Origin: Camelus ferus
Taxonomy: Eukaryota
DNA length: 64,000 bases
NCBI RefSeq assembly: GCF_009834535.1
Contig: NC_045705.1
Coordinates: 30,568,001 to 30,632,000, forward strand
Direction: 5' to 3'
Shown here: piece by piece, positions 51,830 through 63,935 of the stretch
Position numbering within the stretch: position 1 is the first letter of the stretch
How the letters are laid out: the number at the start of each line of letters is the position of its first letter
Notes under the pieces: model-generated
The model's input: only the letters and a program-made list of their open reading frames with translations
Database searches by the model: none
Told to the model about the DNA's origin: nothing
Position numbers and translations under genes: made by a program

Positions 51830-52965
51830 GAGGAAAGGTAATTCTTGCGAGCTGTTGGTGGGATTGTAAGTTGGTACAGCAACTATGGAGAACAGTATGG
51901 AGGATCCTCAAAAAATTAAAACTAGAACTACCATATGATCCAGCAATTCCATTTCTGGGAATATATCCAAAGGAAACAAAAGCACTAAATTGAAAAGATA
52001 CCTACAGCCGCCTCTTGCTCCCTCCTCTTTGGAGACAATCCCACAATCTGTCTATGGAGTGTGTAACTACTTTTACTCTAATCTAACCATCCAACCCCCA
52101 CACCTTGTGGCGTTTCTCTCGCCTTTTGAAACAGCCTACACTCTATACAGTATGTATCTCTTTAAATAAATCTACCTTTACTCAATTGTGGCTTGCTCTT
52201 GAATTCTTTCCTGCGTGAAGCCAATAAAAATTAAAAAAAAAAGAAGAAGAAGAAGAAGAAAAGATAACCTATAGCCCCACGTCCATAGCAGCATATTTAC
52301 AATAGCCAAGATAGAGAAGCAACCCTACGTGTCCATTGATGGATGAATGGATAAAAAAGTTGTGGGGAAAAAAGACACACACACATAGACACACACACTC
52401 TGGAATATTATTCAGTCATAAAAGATTGAGGAAATCCTACCTTTTACAACAATATGGATGGAACTTGAAGGCATTATGCTAAGTGAAATAAATCAGAAAG
52501 AGAAAGACAGATATTCTATGATCTCAGTTATATGTGGAATCTTAAAAAAACCCCACTAACTCTAGAAAAAGAGATGAGACATGTGATTGCCTGAGGCAGA
52601 GGGTTAGGGGAAGGGGAGGAGGGAGGTTGGAGTGGGACAGAGTGCAGATTTCCAGTAATAAGATGAATGAATACTGGGGATGTTAAGTACAGCATGATGA
52701 CTGTTGATAACACTGCTGTATGATATGTGGGAAAGTTGTTAAGAGAGCAAATCCCAAGAGCTCTTATCACGAGGAGAAATTTTTCCTGTTTCTTTTCTTC
52801 TGTCTTTACTTTTTATTGTGTGTATATTAGAAGATGGATGTTAGCTTAACCTATTGTGATCATCATTTTACAATATATGTAAATCAAACCATTATGCTGT
52901 GTTCTTTAAACTTAACACGGTGGTGTATGTCAATTATTTCTCAAGAAAACTGAAAAAAAAATTTA
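51830..52965 (+). mobile_element. L1MA-like LINE 3' portion inserted in an older L1ME-like relic (about 51360-53400)
   Basis: tggtacagcaactatggagaacagtatggagg...ccatatgatccagcaattcc...3' UTR and A-tail. Degenerate TSD aaacatgaagatgtg (51815-51829) / aaccatgaggatatg (52968-52982). Confidence 0.85.
52010..52257 (+). mobile_element. ERV1-like LTR fragment with poly(A)/(GAA)n tail and TSD, inserted in L1
   Basis: AATAAA at about 52165 followed by R-like ctcttgaattctttcctgcgtgaagcca, then an A-tail. TSD gaaaagatacctacagcc (51992-52009) / gaaaagataacctatagcc (52258-52276); L1 text resumes on both sides. Confidence 0.7.
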
Positions 52966-54889
52966 AAAACCATGAGGATATGTACATCCTGTGACATGTC
53001 AGTTCCATTTTGAGGTTAAAAACTCTTGAACATATGCACAGGGAAACAAGTACAAGAATGTTCAACCCAGCACATTTTGCTATAGTGAAAATATGGAAAC
53101 AAACCTGAGTATTTATCAATAGAGAAATATTTACCCTTGGTAAATATGTTGGTTCCATATTGTTTCATAAAACATCTCCAGACATGATTGAGTGAAAAAA
53201 GCAAGGTACATAAAAGTATATGTCATTTACTTAAAATAACAAAGCCAAGCTCACAAACTGTGTATTTCTGTATTTTTTAAAGTATGCATACTAAACTGAT
53301 AACAGCTGTTATCAGTGGAACTGGGACTGGTTTTTAAATTTTTTCTGTATTGTTTGAATTTTTTAAAATAATTACATGTGTAATCATAAATAAACTTTTT
53401 TTTTTTAATTTAAAGTTCATGCCAATATTTTAACTGTCTGATTTACCAACTGAAACTTCTTTTCTAGTATTAACAATAGAGAGCCAGCAATTTCTAGATA
53501 ATACAGTGTAAAATGGGACACATTGTAGGTTTGGGGCTTTTTCTTATTTTGTTTTGCTTCTGTTTTTGTTTTTGAGAGCTAAGGTTATAGTGAAACGGCA
53601 TAGGCTTTGGAGTCAAATCTTGACTTTAAACTCTAGCTCAGCCATTTATTAAGACTTTGAGCAAGTTCCCTAACCTCTCTGAGCTTCAAAAAAGTCTATT
53701 ACCTACCTCACTGGGTTGTACAATGTATTGCATGTGCTAGTTTTCCTCATTTCCCCATCTCCTTTGCTCAGAGGAAATTGGTCTAGTGTGGTTTACGATC
53801 AAAGATGATCTTGTATGGGTGATACAGTATTTTACCAGAACATACTGTATCCCTGGATCAGGGCATACCAGTAAAGATGGAGGATGTAAATAATTAATTT
53901 TAGAGGTCTATTAACTTTTTAAACCACTAACCTATCTATTTGTATTTCACAAGATCAAATACTGTATCACGTTAGTAATTTGTAAATGATATTGAACTTG
54001 AAGCTTCTAAACAGTTTACATGATAGGTGTTTGGTTAACAGGATTACTTTTCTTATCTTAGAGAAGTCTTAATTTAATTCAACATTTATTTGTGCAAGCC
54101 AGCATCTGAATCTCAAGTGGCTTCAAAGACAAAAATGTGTCTCAAAAGGACTCTGGCAAGGGGGAAAAAAGTCAGGTTTAAAGTTGAATATATACATATA
54201 TACTCTGCTCTTACACTGCTGTTGCTCTTGTGTGTATCTTTTAATATAGCATAATAGTAATTCATGTGAATATTTTTCTAGTGAAACTAGTTTATTCTAG
54301 TATAGGAACTCTGTATTAAATAATAATATTAATAAAATGAGTGATCTTTACATGCAATATGTGTATGTGCAGTAGAACTGTAATAATTCTACCTAATAAA
54401 ACTGAAAAAGAAAAAAAATAAAATAAAATGAGTGATCTAACTAATGTGGGTGGCCCCTCAAACAAAAATTTCCAAATGGGACTCCTTATCATTTAATTGC
54501 AAAAAAACCCAGCTAATACTTGATGGTATTTATGCTTGGGAAGAGGGGAAAAAGAAATAATTTTGTACTTTCCCCATTTTATAAATTAGAGCCTCTTGAG
54601 TAATTAGCAGTTAATAAGTGAATGCTTCCCACAAGTTTAAAGGCTGTGGCTGAAATGGGTATATGATTAAGTGTATTATCATATGTGTAGGGTTTTATAT
54701 AGCCTCGGAATCCTTGAGGATAATCTGTAAACATCCTTGGTTAGATGAGCAGAACTTTAAATAAGCGAGTAGGGGGCTATAGTAGGTTAATCTCTTGGTG
54801 TTCACTAGTGTTGAAACCCATTGTCCTGTGAGTTTTGCAATGTCTGGGAGGAATACCTAGTAACAGCTATAATAATAACAACAATAATA

Positions 54890-55130
54890 AACATAAATTG
54901 CTAATGTTTATTGGGTACTTACCATGTGCCAAGCACTATGCTAAGATCATTACATACATTATTTTATTTAACCCTCACTACAACGTTAGGTTGTAGGTGC
55001 TATTCTCCAATTTTACAGAAAAAGGCAAGAGATTAGGAAACTTGCTTAAAGTCACACAGTTAGTAAGTGCCAGAACTAGAAATCAAATCCAGGTCGGTCT
55101 GACTCCAGAGCCCATGTTCTTAACCATTGC
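54890..55130. mobile_element. MIR relic
   Basis: atttattgggtacttaccatgtgccaagcact...gtcacacagttagtaagtg...gtctgactccagagccc. Confidence 0.8.
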
Positions 55131-55227
55131 AATAAATAGCTATGTTGTTTTAATCTGTAGAATCAGTATGTAGCAATAATAATATTATCATTAATATGTT
55201 ACCTTTTGTATATATCAAATGTTTTCT

Positions 55228-55370
55228 TTTTTAATGTATTTTTAATATTTATTTTTATTGAAGTATAATTGACATATAACATTATATTAGTTTCAGGTAT
55301 ACAACATAGTGCTCCGATATCTGAATATATTGCAAAATGATCACCACAGTAAGTTTAGTTAACGTCTGTC
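55228..55370 (-). mobile_element. 5'-truncated L1 3' end with perfect 14-bp TSD
   Basis: T-rich tail plus ttattgaagtataattgacatataacattatattagtttcaggtatacaacatagtg. TSD ATCAAATGTTTTCT at 55214-55227 and 55371-55384. Confidence 0.85.
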
Positions 55371-56449
55371 ATCAAATGTTTTCTAAAGAAGTAGTTTATT
55401 ATTAGACGTATTCTTAGTGTCATATCCATTGTATGGCAAGAGTGACTGTGGTGTAGATTAAATGATCAGCAGGAGGTGATTCAACAGAACCAAGAAGTTT
55501 CTGATCCACAATTGCTTTCACTCACAAGGTTCATATAAAGATCATATAGTGTTTACTTATATTTCACTTAGACTTTTCATTGCAGCACATTGAAGTTATA
55601 AGTGCTTATCTCAGGCAGTGATGAACAATAGAGCCTATTTGTTCATGTTAGAAAACTTAATCCAGGTCTTGTTGTGGAAATCACGGCAAAGCAGAAGAGG
55701 AAAAGCCAATCTGAAATGTTTTTCCTTTTCCAAGAGGGCAGCTAAGGTGCCTAGATATCTTTGCCCTCCGGGGGTGCAGGTGTGCAGTTTTTATTCTTTA
55801 ATTATTCACATAAATTAAAGCCTATTCCTTTGCATTTTAAAAATAATATAAAATGACATTCTCCATGTTTTATTGCCAGACAAGAGCTTTGAACTTCTGC
55901 CTCATTGAAGTTTGATAAAGTGCAAGAATTTTCCAGGGTTGGGTGGTGCCCTTAACCACAGAGGGAACACAGACTGATAAGAGCTGCACGTGTAGGAAAC
56001 CACCAGGGAGTAGCGATTACAGAGAGCTCTTCGCACTTGGCTTGTGTGAAATTCTCTGCGGGGAGGAACTTCTCCTTACCTCTCCTGACTCTTCTTAGCT
56101 CCTTCCCTTCACCCACAGATGAAAAGAGCACCAGGGCTTTCTGTTTCTACTTTGTGAACTAGGACCAGGTGGGGTGAATACTTTGTGGTGGGGTGGTTCT
56201 TTGTAAGAAACTTTGAAATTTACGGACAAGTTCTAACTTCACACAAATGCTAACTAGCATGCACACCTATGCAGGTGGGAACAGGACACACATAGGGACA
56301 GGACACAAATACACACATGTGAATTCACGTGGCCACAAGTGGACTACATCTCTCAGATGATTTTACTGTCAAAAGACACCCCTGCTTTTGTGCTCTGTGT
56401 CAAAGGAAGATGATATTTATTTCTAAAACCGATTATAGGGTGTCAGTGA

Positions 56450-56695
56450 TGAGGCAGTGTAGTATATAGTGCTACGAGCATGGGTTCTTGGTAGGAGACA
56501 CACCTTGGTTTGAGTCTTGGCTTCTCTTCTTACTCGTTGTGTGATCTTGAGTAGGTTACCTTAATTCTGTAAGTCTCTGTTCTCCCGTTTGTAAAATGGA
56601 AACATGGGATCAAAATAACCTTTCATAGGATTGGTGTGAAGACAAATAAAATAATGCATGTAAAACAATTAGCACAGTCTTTTGCACATTGTTGC
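56450..56695. mobile_element. MIR relic
   Basis: tgtgtgatcttgagtaggttacc...tgtaaaatgg...ataatgcatgtaaaacaattagcacagt. Confidence 0.75.
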
Positions 56696-58199
56696 TTAAA
56701 GTCACACAGTCACTGTAAGTTGCACTGCTGCTCAAAATTGGTAGAGCTTTTATTAACATTATTATATGTAATATTAAACTCTAAACATCTGGTTGATACA
56801 TGAATGTTAAATAGGTATAATCCTTTATTTTTATTTGTTTTTTTTTCTTTCCCCCTCCCCTCCACCTTTTTTTTTTTAATACAAAGTCTGTTTTCCAGAA
56901 AATTCCTCCTTTTTTTTTTTTTTGAGGAAGACAAAAGTACTTTGATTCTAACTGCTCTTAAAACATTTCTCCCTTAAAGGGCCTTCACACTGACTTTTGG
57001 TCCCTGGAGCTAGGGAGGGGAAGCAGCAGGATTTGCTTCTAAGTAGAGTTCTTTCATTTCTACCATCAAAAAACAACAAAAAAAGAAACCAAAACAAACA
57101 CCTCCCCTGCAGCCTTGTAGTCTCCTTAGGTAGATCTAAGTCATAAAAGCTTGTATAGCTCAAAGAAGGAATCTTTTTGTAAGATCAGGGTTAGTGGGTG
57201 GAAGAAGGGAAGGAAAAAAAACAGAGGTGAAAGTATAGCTGATTTTAATGTTAGTTTGGCCATTTTTTCTTCCCAATTTCAAATGTACTTAATTATAAAA
57301 CAATTAATACCATAAATTGTCATGTATTATCTCACAACTTCACTTTCAGTTTTGGCCATTTCATAAAGAAATAGTTTTCCAGTTGGATGAACTGTTGAGG
57401 AAGCACTGGTTTTGTCTTGACATCTTTTTGGGGGGTGGGGGTTGGGGAATGTTTGCTGTAGCTGATAGCTTTAGGAAGCACTCATCGATAAAATAAGTCA
57501 TGGAATGTAAACCTGTCATTCATCTGGACTTTAGGCTGGTGCAAACACGATGAAACTTTAGGTCACCATTGTCAAATACTCTCTTGAGTACAGCTTGAGT
57601 AGGTAAACTTATTTGCTTTATAAGTCTTACTAAACTACCAGGACTTCAGGAATGTGTTTTTGAAGTACCCATTTTTACAAATTTTAGGTAGTTCCTCCAT
57701 ATTTTCCTGAGGGATGAAACTATGACAGAGGCAAATGTCCATCTTGGTAGCAACTTTGTAGAATTGCTTTTTTGGCAGGATATTCATTACTTTTTTGTTT
57801 TGTTTGTTTTTTCCTTTTTTTTTTTTTTTTTAATTTTTTGGATGGTAAATGGAAACACTGAATTGGAAGTTTCTGTGTGAAGTGTGCCAGGATACCATTG
57901 TTATACCCAAAGACAAAACTCAGGGAAGGGGAACAAGCATTTGGTGAGCATCTGCTTTATTAGAAGCTCTGCTATTACTGAAGTAAACATCCAATAGCCC
58001 TTGAGGTAGGCTTTTAATAAAATATATTATCAAGCAAGCCAGGCATTGTGGTTTATGAATAGTAATAGTATTATTATCTGCACTTTACAGCGAGGAAATA
58101 GGCTTGCAGAGTAATTTGCTCAAGGTTACACAGCTAGAAATTGGTAGGGCTGAGAATGGAACTCAAGCCCCTCAGAACTCTAAACACCAAGTTTTTAAC

Positions 58200-58380
58200 C
58201 AGTGATTCTTAAACTTCAGGGTACATAAGAAACATCAAGAGTTCTTGTTAAAAATCACTGGGCTCCAATTAAAATTTTAAGGTCACTAAGTCTGAGATAA
58301 TGTCAGATGATAAGTCTGCATTTTAACAAGGTATCTCAAGTGATTTAGATCAAGAAGTTGATTTTCTATGTTTTAAGAAT
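58200..58380. mobile_element. MER5A-like DNA transposon relic
   Basis: cagtgattcttaaactt start and ctgcattttaacaag hallmark. Confidence 0.6.
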
Positions 58381-59141
58381 TAAATTATATTTCTTCCCAC
58401 ACTTGATGAAGAAGAAAACAGGTGCAGATTAAGTAATTACCCAAGATTAAGCTACCCGAAGACAGAACCATGACTCCAGCCCAGGTCTGTCTAAGTCTAA
58501 GTCATCACACCCTTTATTACAAGCCTGTGATTAATTCACACATTTACCAATCACAACAAATGCAGAAAACATGATTTCTGATAAATCAAGCCACATAGAT
58601 TTCATGGTCGTATTATTTATCAAGGTTAATAGCTTATAACACTATTACTGAAATTTTCATGGTCCTTAAACCCTTTCAGTGACTTTTTTTAAATGAAAGA
58701 ATTGAGTTTTCCTTGCAGTCAGGTCATCCATGCTTCAGGCATAGATCACTACTCCCTGGGCTAAATTTCTGAGACATGCAGAAGTGGAAGAAGGTGGAAG
58801 GAGGTAGGAAGAAAAGGATGCCCAGATCTATCTACTAAATGATGCTTAAAGCTCCTCACCCTCATCACTGAAATGAAGAGTGAAGGGTTGATGTTAATAC
58901 TAACAGCTAATCAGATGGCAGTAGGTCATGTTCCCCAGCATCTCCCATTTTTCCCTTTGAGACTGTAGCTCAGTTAGGGCCAGCGAATTTGGTTTGCCTA
59001 TTCCAGTCCACTTTCTAGGGCAGAACCAACACCTTGATGGACTTTCTACTGGGACTGGGAGGACTTACCAATTTTTAAAAATTTAAAAAGTTTTTGTCTC
59101 TCTCTCACTTTCTCTTTCTCTCTTGCTTTTTTTATTTGTAG

Positions 59142-59244
59142 CCCAGCGACATGTCCTCACGTACATGGAGGATGCAGTGTGCCAGCTGTTAGAGAACAAG
59201 GAAGATATTAGCCAATATGGCATTGCCAGGTTCTTCACTGAATA
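59142..59244 (+). CDS. CSTPP1: CSTPP1 coding exon 2
   Basis: Long pyrimidine tract, then tag|CC CAG CGA CAT...ACT GAA TA|gtaagt. The 103 nt encode (A)QRHVLTYMEDAVCQLLENKEDISQYGIARFFTE(Y), in frame with exon 1. Confidence 0.95.
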
Positions 59245-59809
59245 GTAAGTACATGAGGGCTTTGCCAATAGGACGGGGCTGGAGGCGGCTTTTGGAAGCA
59301 GGCGCGATAATGAAAAGCAGAGCAGGGCAATGCTGACTATGCAGTGGCAGTGAATGCTTAGTTTTGGTAGATGGGTTGAGGGATGCGCACACTTGTTTTG
59401 GACCATGCCTTTGGTGCAGCTAGTTCTGTGCAATGATAAGTCTCGTGAGTGGTCATAATTACAGAAGCTTAATAACTGCTTGTTTGATCGATTAGGTCTG
59501 TTTTTGCAGGTTCTGTTTACAATCTTTAACTTTCCCCATTTTTCAGATGATTCACTCTGGTTTCCCTTAGTCAGCATCCCTTCAGCCTGTGTTTTTTTTT
59601 TCTTTGCTGGCTTTTTTCATGGAAATTTATCAGATGGGTTTTCCTCTGCCGTTTTCTTTCTGCAGGTTGCTGTGTCAGTCACTTAACGATTTAAGATTAT
59701 TTCTAGAGGCAGGACATCTTTCATATATTATATCTTTGAGGGATCATGCTTCTCTATAAAATATGCTTGGAGTGTGTAGAATTCAAAATGATTACTATTA
59801 TTAATTTAT

Positions 59810-60445
59810 TAAAATTTTTTTCTCAAGTTTTATTGAGATATAATTGATGTACAGCGCTGTATAAGTTTAAGGCGTACAACCTAATGATTTGATTTACACA
59901 CATCATGATGTGATCTCACAATAAGTTTAGTGACCATCCATCATCTCATATAGACACAAAATTAAAGAAATAGAAAAGAATTTTTTTTCTTGTGATAAGA
60001 ACTCTTAAGATTTACTCTTTTAACAACTTTCATATATAACAGACAGCCGTGTTAACTATATTTATCATGTTGTACATTATTACATTTCTAGTACTTATTT
60101 ATCTCATAACTGGAAGTTTGTAACTTTTGACTGCCTCTATCCAATTCCCCCATTTGGCCTCCTGCTCTGATTAACATAAGTTTGATCTCTTTTTTCTAAG
60201 AGTTTGTTTTCGAGTTTTAATTGACCTACAATACTATGTTAGTTCCTGTTACACAACCTAATGATTTCTGTACATTTCAAACTGATCACCACAGTGAGTC
60301 TAGCTATGATATGTCACCATGCAAAGATACTACATAGTCATTGACTATATTTCCCCTGTATTTCATACCCATAACTCATCTCATAACTCATCTTTTGCAA
60401 TTGAAAGTATGTACCTCTTAATCCTCCTTACCTATTTCTTTCTTT
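59810..60445 (-). mobile_element. L1MA-like 3' UTR
   Basis: ttttattgagatataattgatgtacagcgctgtataagtttaaggcgtacaac...aagaactcttaagatttactc...ataactggaagtttgt. Confidence 0.85.
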
Positions 60446-62875
60446 TTGATATCACAGAACTGTTGTTAGGCTGAATGAGATAATCAGTTTAAAACACCTT
60501 AGTCTTCATGAAAGGATGTGCTAAAGAAATACGAAACATTATTTTTATTGCCAAAATGCCATCACATGTTTATATAATCATTTGTATTCTCATTTCTTTT
60601 TTTCTGGTTTGTTGGAAGCATTCTAAAATAGGAGGAATAGCCCCTTATAGGCTTCTATTTAAGGTGAATCATTAACTCTGAAGTTCATCCTCCTTAAAAA
60701 TAGTCTTTCTTTTTTTTTCCCCTTTCTATTCTCCAGAGGTTCCTTGAAGATCAGACATCTCTTCTAATGGCCTAAACTTGGGTTGCTGTTAGGGGAATTC
60801 TTGGCTCTCCCTGGCTCTTTTGCTGAGCTATAAATATAAGTCTTGAAAATAAAATCTAGATTTCTTATGGATTAGAATTTCAAGTTGCTGGGAAAAACAA
60901 GCTTTCCAGGATCAGAGCTGGTCCCTTCTCTTCTCCCAGTCTTCTAAAGGAAGGTGAAGTATGAGCAAGGAATCTTACTTGTTCTCATGGTATAGATGAA
61001 GCAAATGAGGTGGGCAGGGAATAAAGACCAAGATTGAATAGCCTTGCTTGCTCTTACAGAACTGACATGCCTAGGGGTCAAGTTTCTAGGCCACTTAATC
61101 TGTACCAGCACCCTTGAGGCTCCTTGCCGAGTGAAATATGATTCTTCTGGGGGCAATGCTTCTTCCTGGCTTTTTCACTTTACTCTATTTCCCCTCCCCC
61201 ATCTCTTTTATAAGTCTTTTCCTTATTATGCTGGTTTGTTGAGGGTAGGCATCATTTCTTCTTCATCTTTGTATTCCCAATGCCTGGCAACATGCTTAGT
61301 TTTTAATAGATGCTCGGTAAATGTTTGTTCAATCTACAGCTGTATCTATATCTTAGGTTATTGCATACTATCTACTCTTATTCTTGATCTTATTACTGAT
61401 AAGGACTATCTCTTGTTTTCTCTCTCTTTTTTTGTTGAATCTTGTTGATAAAGCTCTATATCCTGCCATTTAGGAAGCTGTGTACCATGTATGTGGCAGT
61501 CCAAAAGTGAACCCACTGGTCTATGTAACTGATACTGAACTCTAGTAAGGCTTGTAGCTGTTTCCGAACTCTATTGAATACTGTTGGCTATAGCTTTTTT
61601 ATCTACTAATACACTGTTGAAACAAACTTATTTTTCACAGTACTGATAGAAATCTCGTTGCCAAGTGAGCTGTTTCTTGTCCTCAGGAAACTAAAACTTA
61701 CATAATGTATGTAAATGGCACATACCTGACACTTCTATAACTCTAAGACACCATATTGGCCTGAGGCAAGTTATTTTAAGGAGTGAACTAGCATCAAAGC
61801 TCAAAAATCCTTTAAAAAAAGACTTCAAAGATGCCGATGTATGATTGAATGGGAAGCAGTATTTGGTAGACAAGGAGACCTGAATGGTAGAATCTTCTGA
61901 TTTTACTTTGATTGTGAATTTAATTTGTCTAGTGAGAATCCTTCTTTCTTAGGCCTCAGTTTCCTATTGATTTATAGAAGCACAATGAAGTGAAAGACCT
62001 CTGCCCTGGGAAGAAGAGCTCCTTATTCTTATAAGTCATCACTCCGTAATCTTGGGTAAATTTTTGAAACTTTCTGGGCTTCAGTTGCCTCATCTGTGAA
62101 ATGGATATAATAAAGTCTTACATGCTAATAAAAATAATAATGTAATAATTATATCTTATAATAAACAATGTTTTATTAGACTCAGACTATGTTTCAGCAA
62201 CTATAATTCTTTGAAGTAGATGCTATATATTATTATCTCTATTTTATAGATAAGGAAACTGAGGCTCCAGAAGATTAAAACAGCTTCCTTAAGTTCACAA
62301 GCTAATAAGTGACAGAGTTAGAAATCAAGCCTTGTCTGCAGTATTACAGAGACCACTAGTCTCTACTGCCTCCAAGTCACTGTCATGCCCAGTGTTGCTG
62401 GAGGCCTAACCAGATAATATTTTGAGGTCTCTTCTAGCTGTAATTTTTAAATTCTTTGAAATTTCCCCTATGACCTCGACTTCACAAAGTTTATCACAGA
62501 GCTTTGTCTGGTGACCTTAGTTTATTGCCATTTAAATGTTAAGTATCGGATTTTGAGGGGGGATACAATTGGAGTGGTCTCTAAACAATAGGAACCATGA
62601 TTGTTCAAAAATGTGTTAACTGTACACTTGCATCTCTCAGTTTCAAGTTCATACACTGAGATTTTTATACGTTTAATGGTGGATGACTTCCCTTTAAACA
62701 ACGTAAAAGTACTCTGCAAAATTGTTTTTGGAAGGCTTTTTGGCTGATTTTCATCTATGGTCAGCTTGCCCTCTCACCTGTGTTGTCACTCCTTGGTTGT
62801 TGATGTTTTCCAGCAAATCCATGGTTGTTCCAGCAAATCTGGATAAACTGTAAAACATAAGTAGCTAGGCTGTAC

Positions 62876-62880
<5 letters not shown>

Positions 62881-62907
<27 letters not shown>

Positions 62908-62908
62908 T
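62881..62908. repeat. (GT)14 microsatellite
   Basis: Uninterrupted gt run seen directly. Confidence 0.95.
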
Positions 62909-63574
62909 TTCTGCAGACTGTGAGCTCTTCAGATCATATTCCTCTGGACAGTCTTGAAAGAAGGATACTAAATCCCAGAGGATTTTCTTTCATGTTGTAT
63001 GTAACCTCTACCTCCGAATGTTGTCCTTCAACCAGGGGAAGGTAAAAGGAATTAATATTTAGAGGTGCCACTCTAAGAATAGACCAAGTGTCAGCACTGG
63101 GTCAGGACCTCTGAAGAAGTACATCCAAGAAAATGAGGCTAGAGTAGCTGTAACTTAGAAACCACAGCAGAGTGTGACCAGGTTCTTGTGGTAAAGATAA
63201 AACGAGAAATGTGGTTTTTTTAAGACATTGGAAAGTAATGACGAGAGAAAAACAGGCTGAAATCTGAGAATTCCTATCAGAATTGGGAACCATTCTTCAC
63301 AAACTAAATTGATGGTTACAACACTGTGGCATCAAGGAGCTTGACCTCCACATACTAATATAGAAAAGAATGATACTCTGTGGTCTTGGTTGGTGGGCCC
63401 AGGAGGGCTCTTTTTTATGATCAAGTGTCTTGTTTTTGTTTTTTTTAAATGATGATTTTAGCTTCTTAGGGACGTTTTTATGATGACTATTTTGGTTGCA
63501 AGTACATATACAGATTGCCTTCATTGATGGAGGTTTATTTTAAGGATATGTGAGAATATAAGACAGCATCCCTT

Positions 63575-63935
63575 CATGAACTCATTCATTTGGTAATTAT
63601 TTTTGAGCACCTACTGTGTGCCTACGTGTACTTGGCAATGAAGAAGGTATAGTGGTGAACAAGACAAATAAGGTAATTACCCACATGGACCTAGGAGTCT
63701 AGTGAGGGAGATAGTCAATAAACAAGTAAACTGATGATGACAACAATAGCTAATAGTTAATAAATACTTGCTATGTGCTGGGTACTGTTCTAAGCATGTA
63801 ACATGTATTATTCAATTCTCAAAATACTATGAGGTGGAATATTAGGATTATCTGCTAATACTAATATTTATTTTAAACCTTAGGAAATTCAGACACACAA
63901 AAGAAACATTCCCAAGGTTACAGAGCTGATAACTG
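63575..63935. mobile_element. L2 3' end followed by MIR relic
   Basis: cattcatt...ttgagcacctactgtgtgcc...gtgaacaagaca...agtctagtg (L2), then tacttgctatgtgctgggtactgttctaagc (MIR). Confidence 0.7.

Larger units (their letters stand above)
22389..59141 (+). other. CSTPP1: CSTPP1 intron 1 (36,753 nt, GT-AG)
   Basis: Bounded by the donor at 22389 and a polypyrimidine tract plus tag acceptor at 59139-59141; phase 1 junction G|CC = Ala. Confidence 0.88.

Noticed and set aside
59083..59577. 164-aa minus-strand ORF over CSTPP1 exon 2
   Set aside because: Antisense to the real exon and runs through the polypyrimidine tract; no coding signature.
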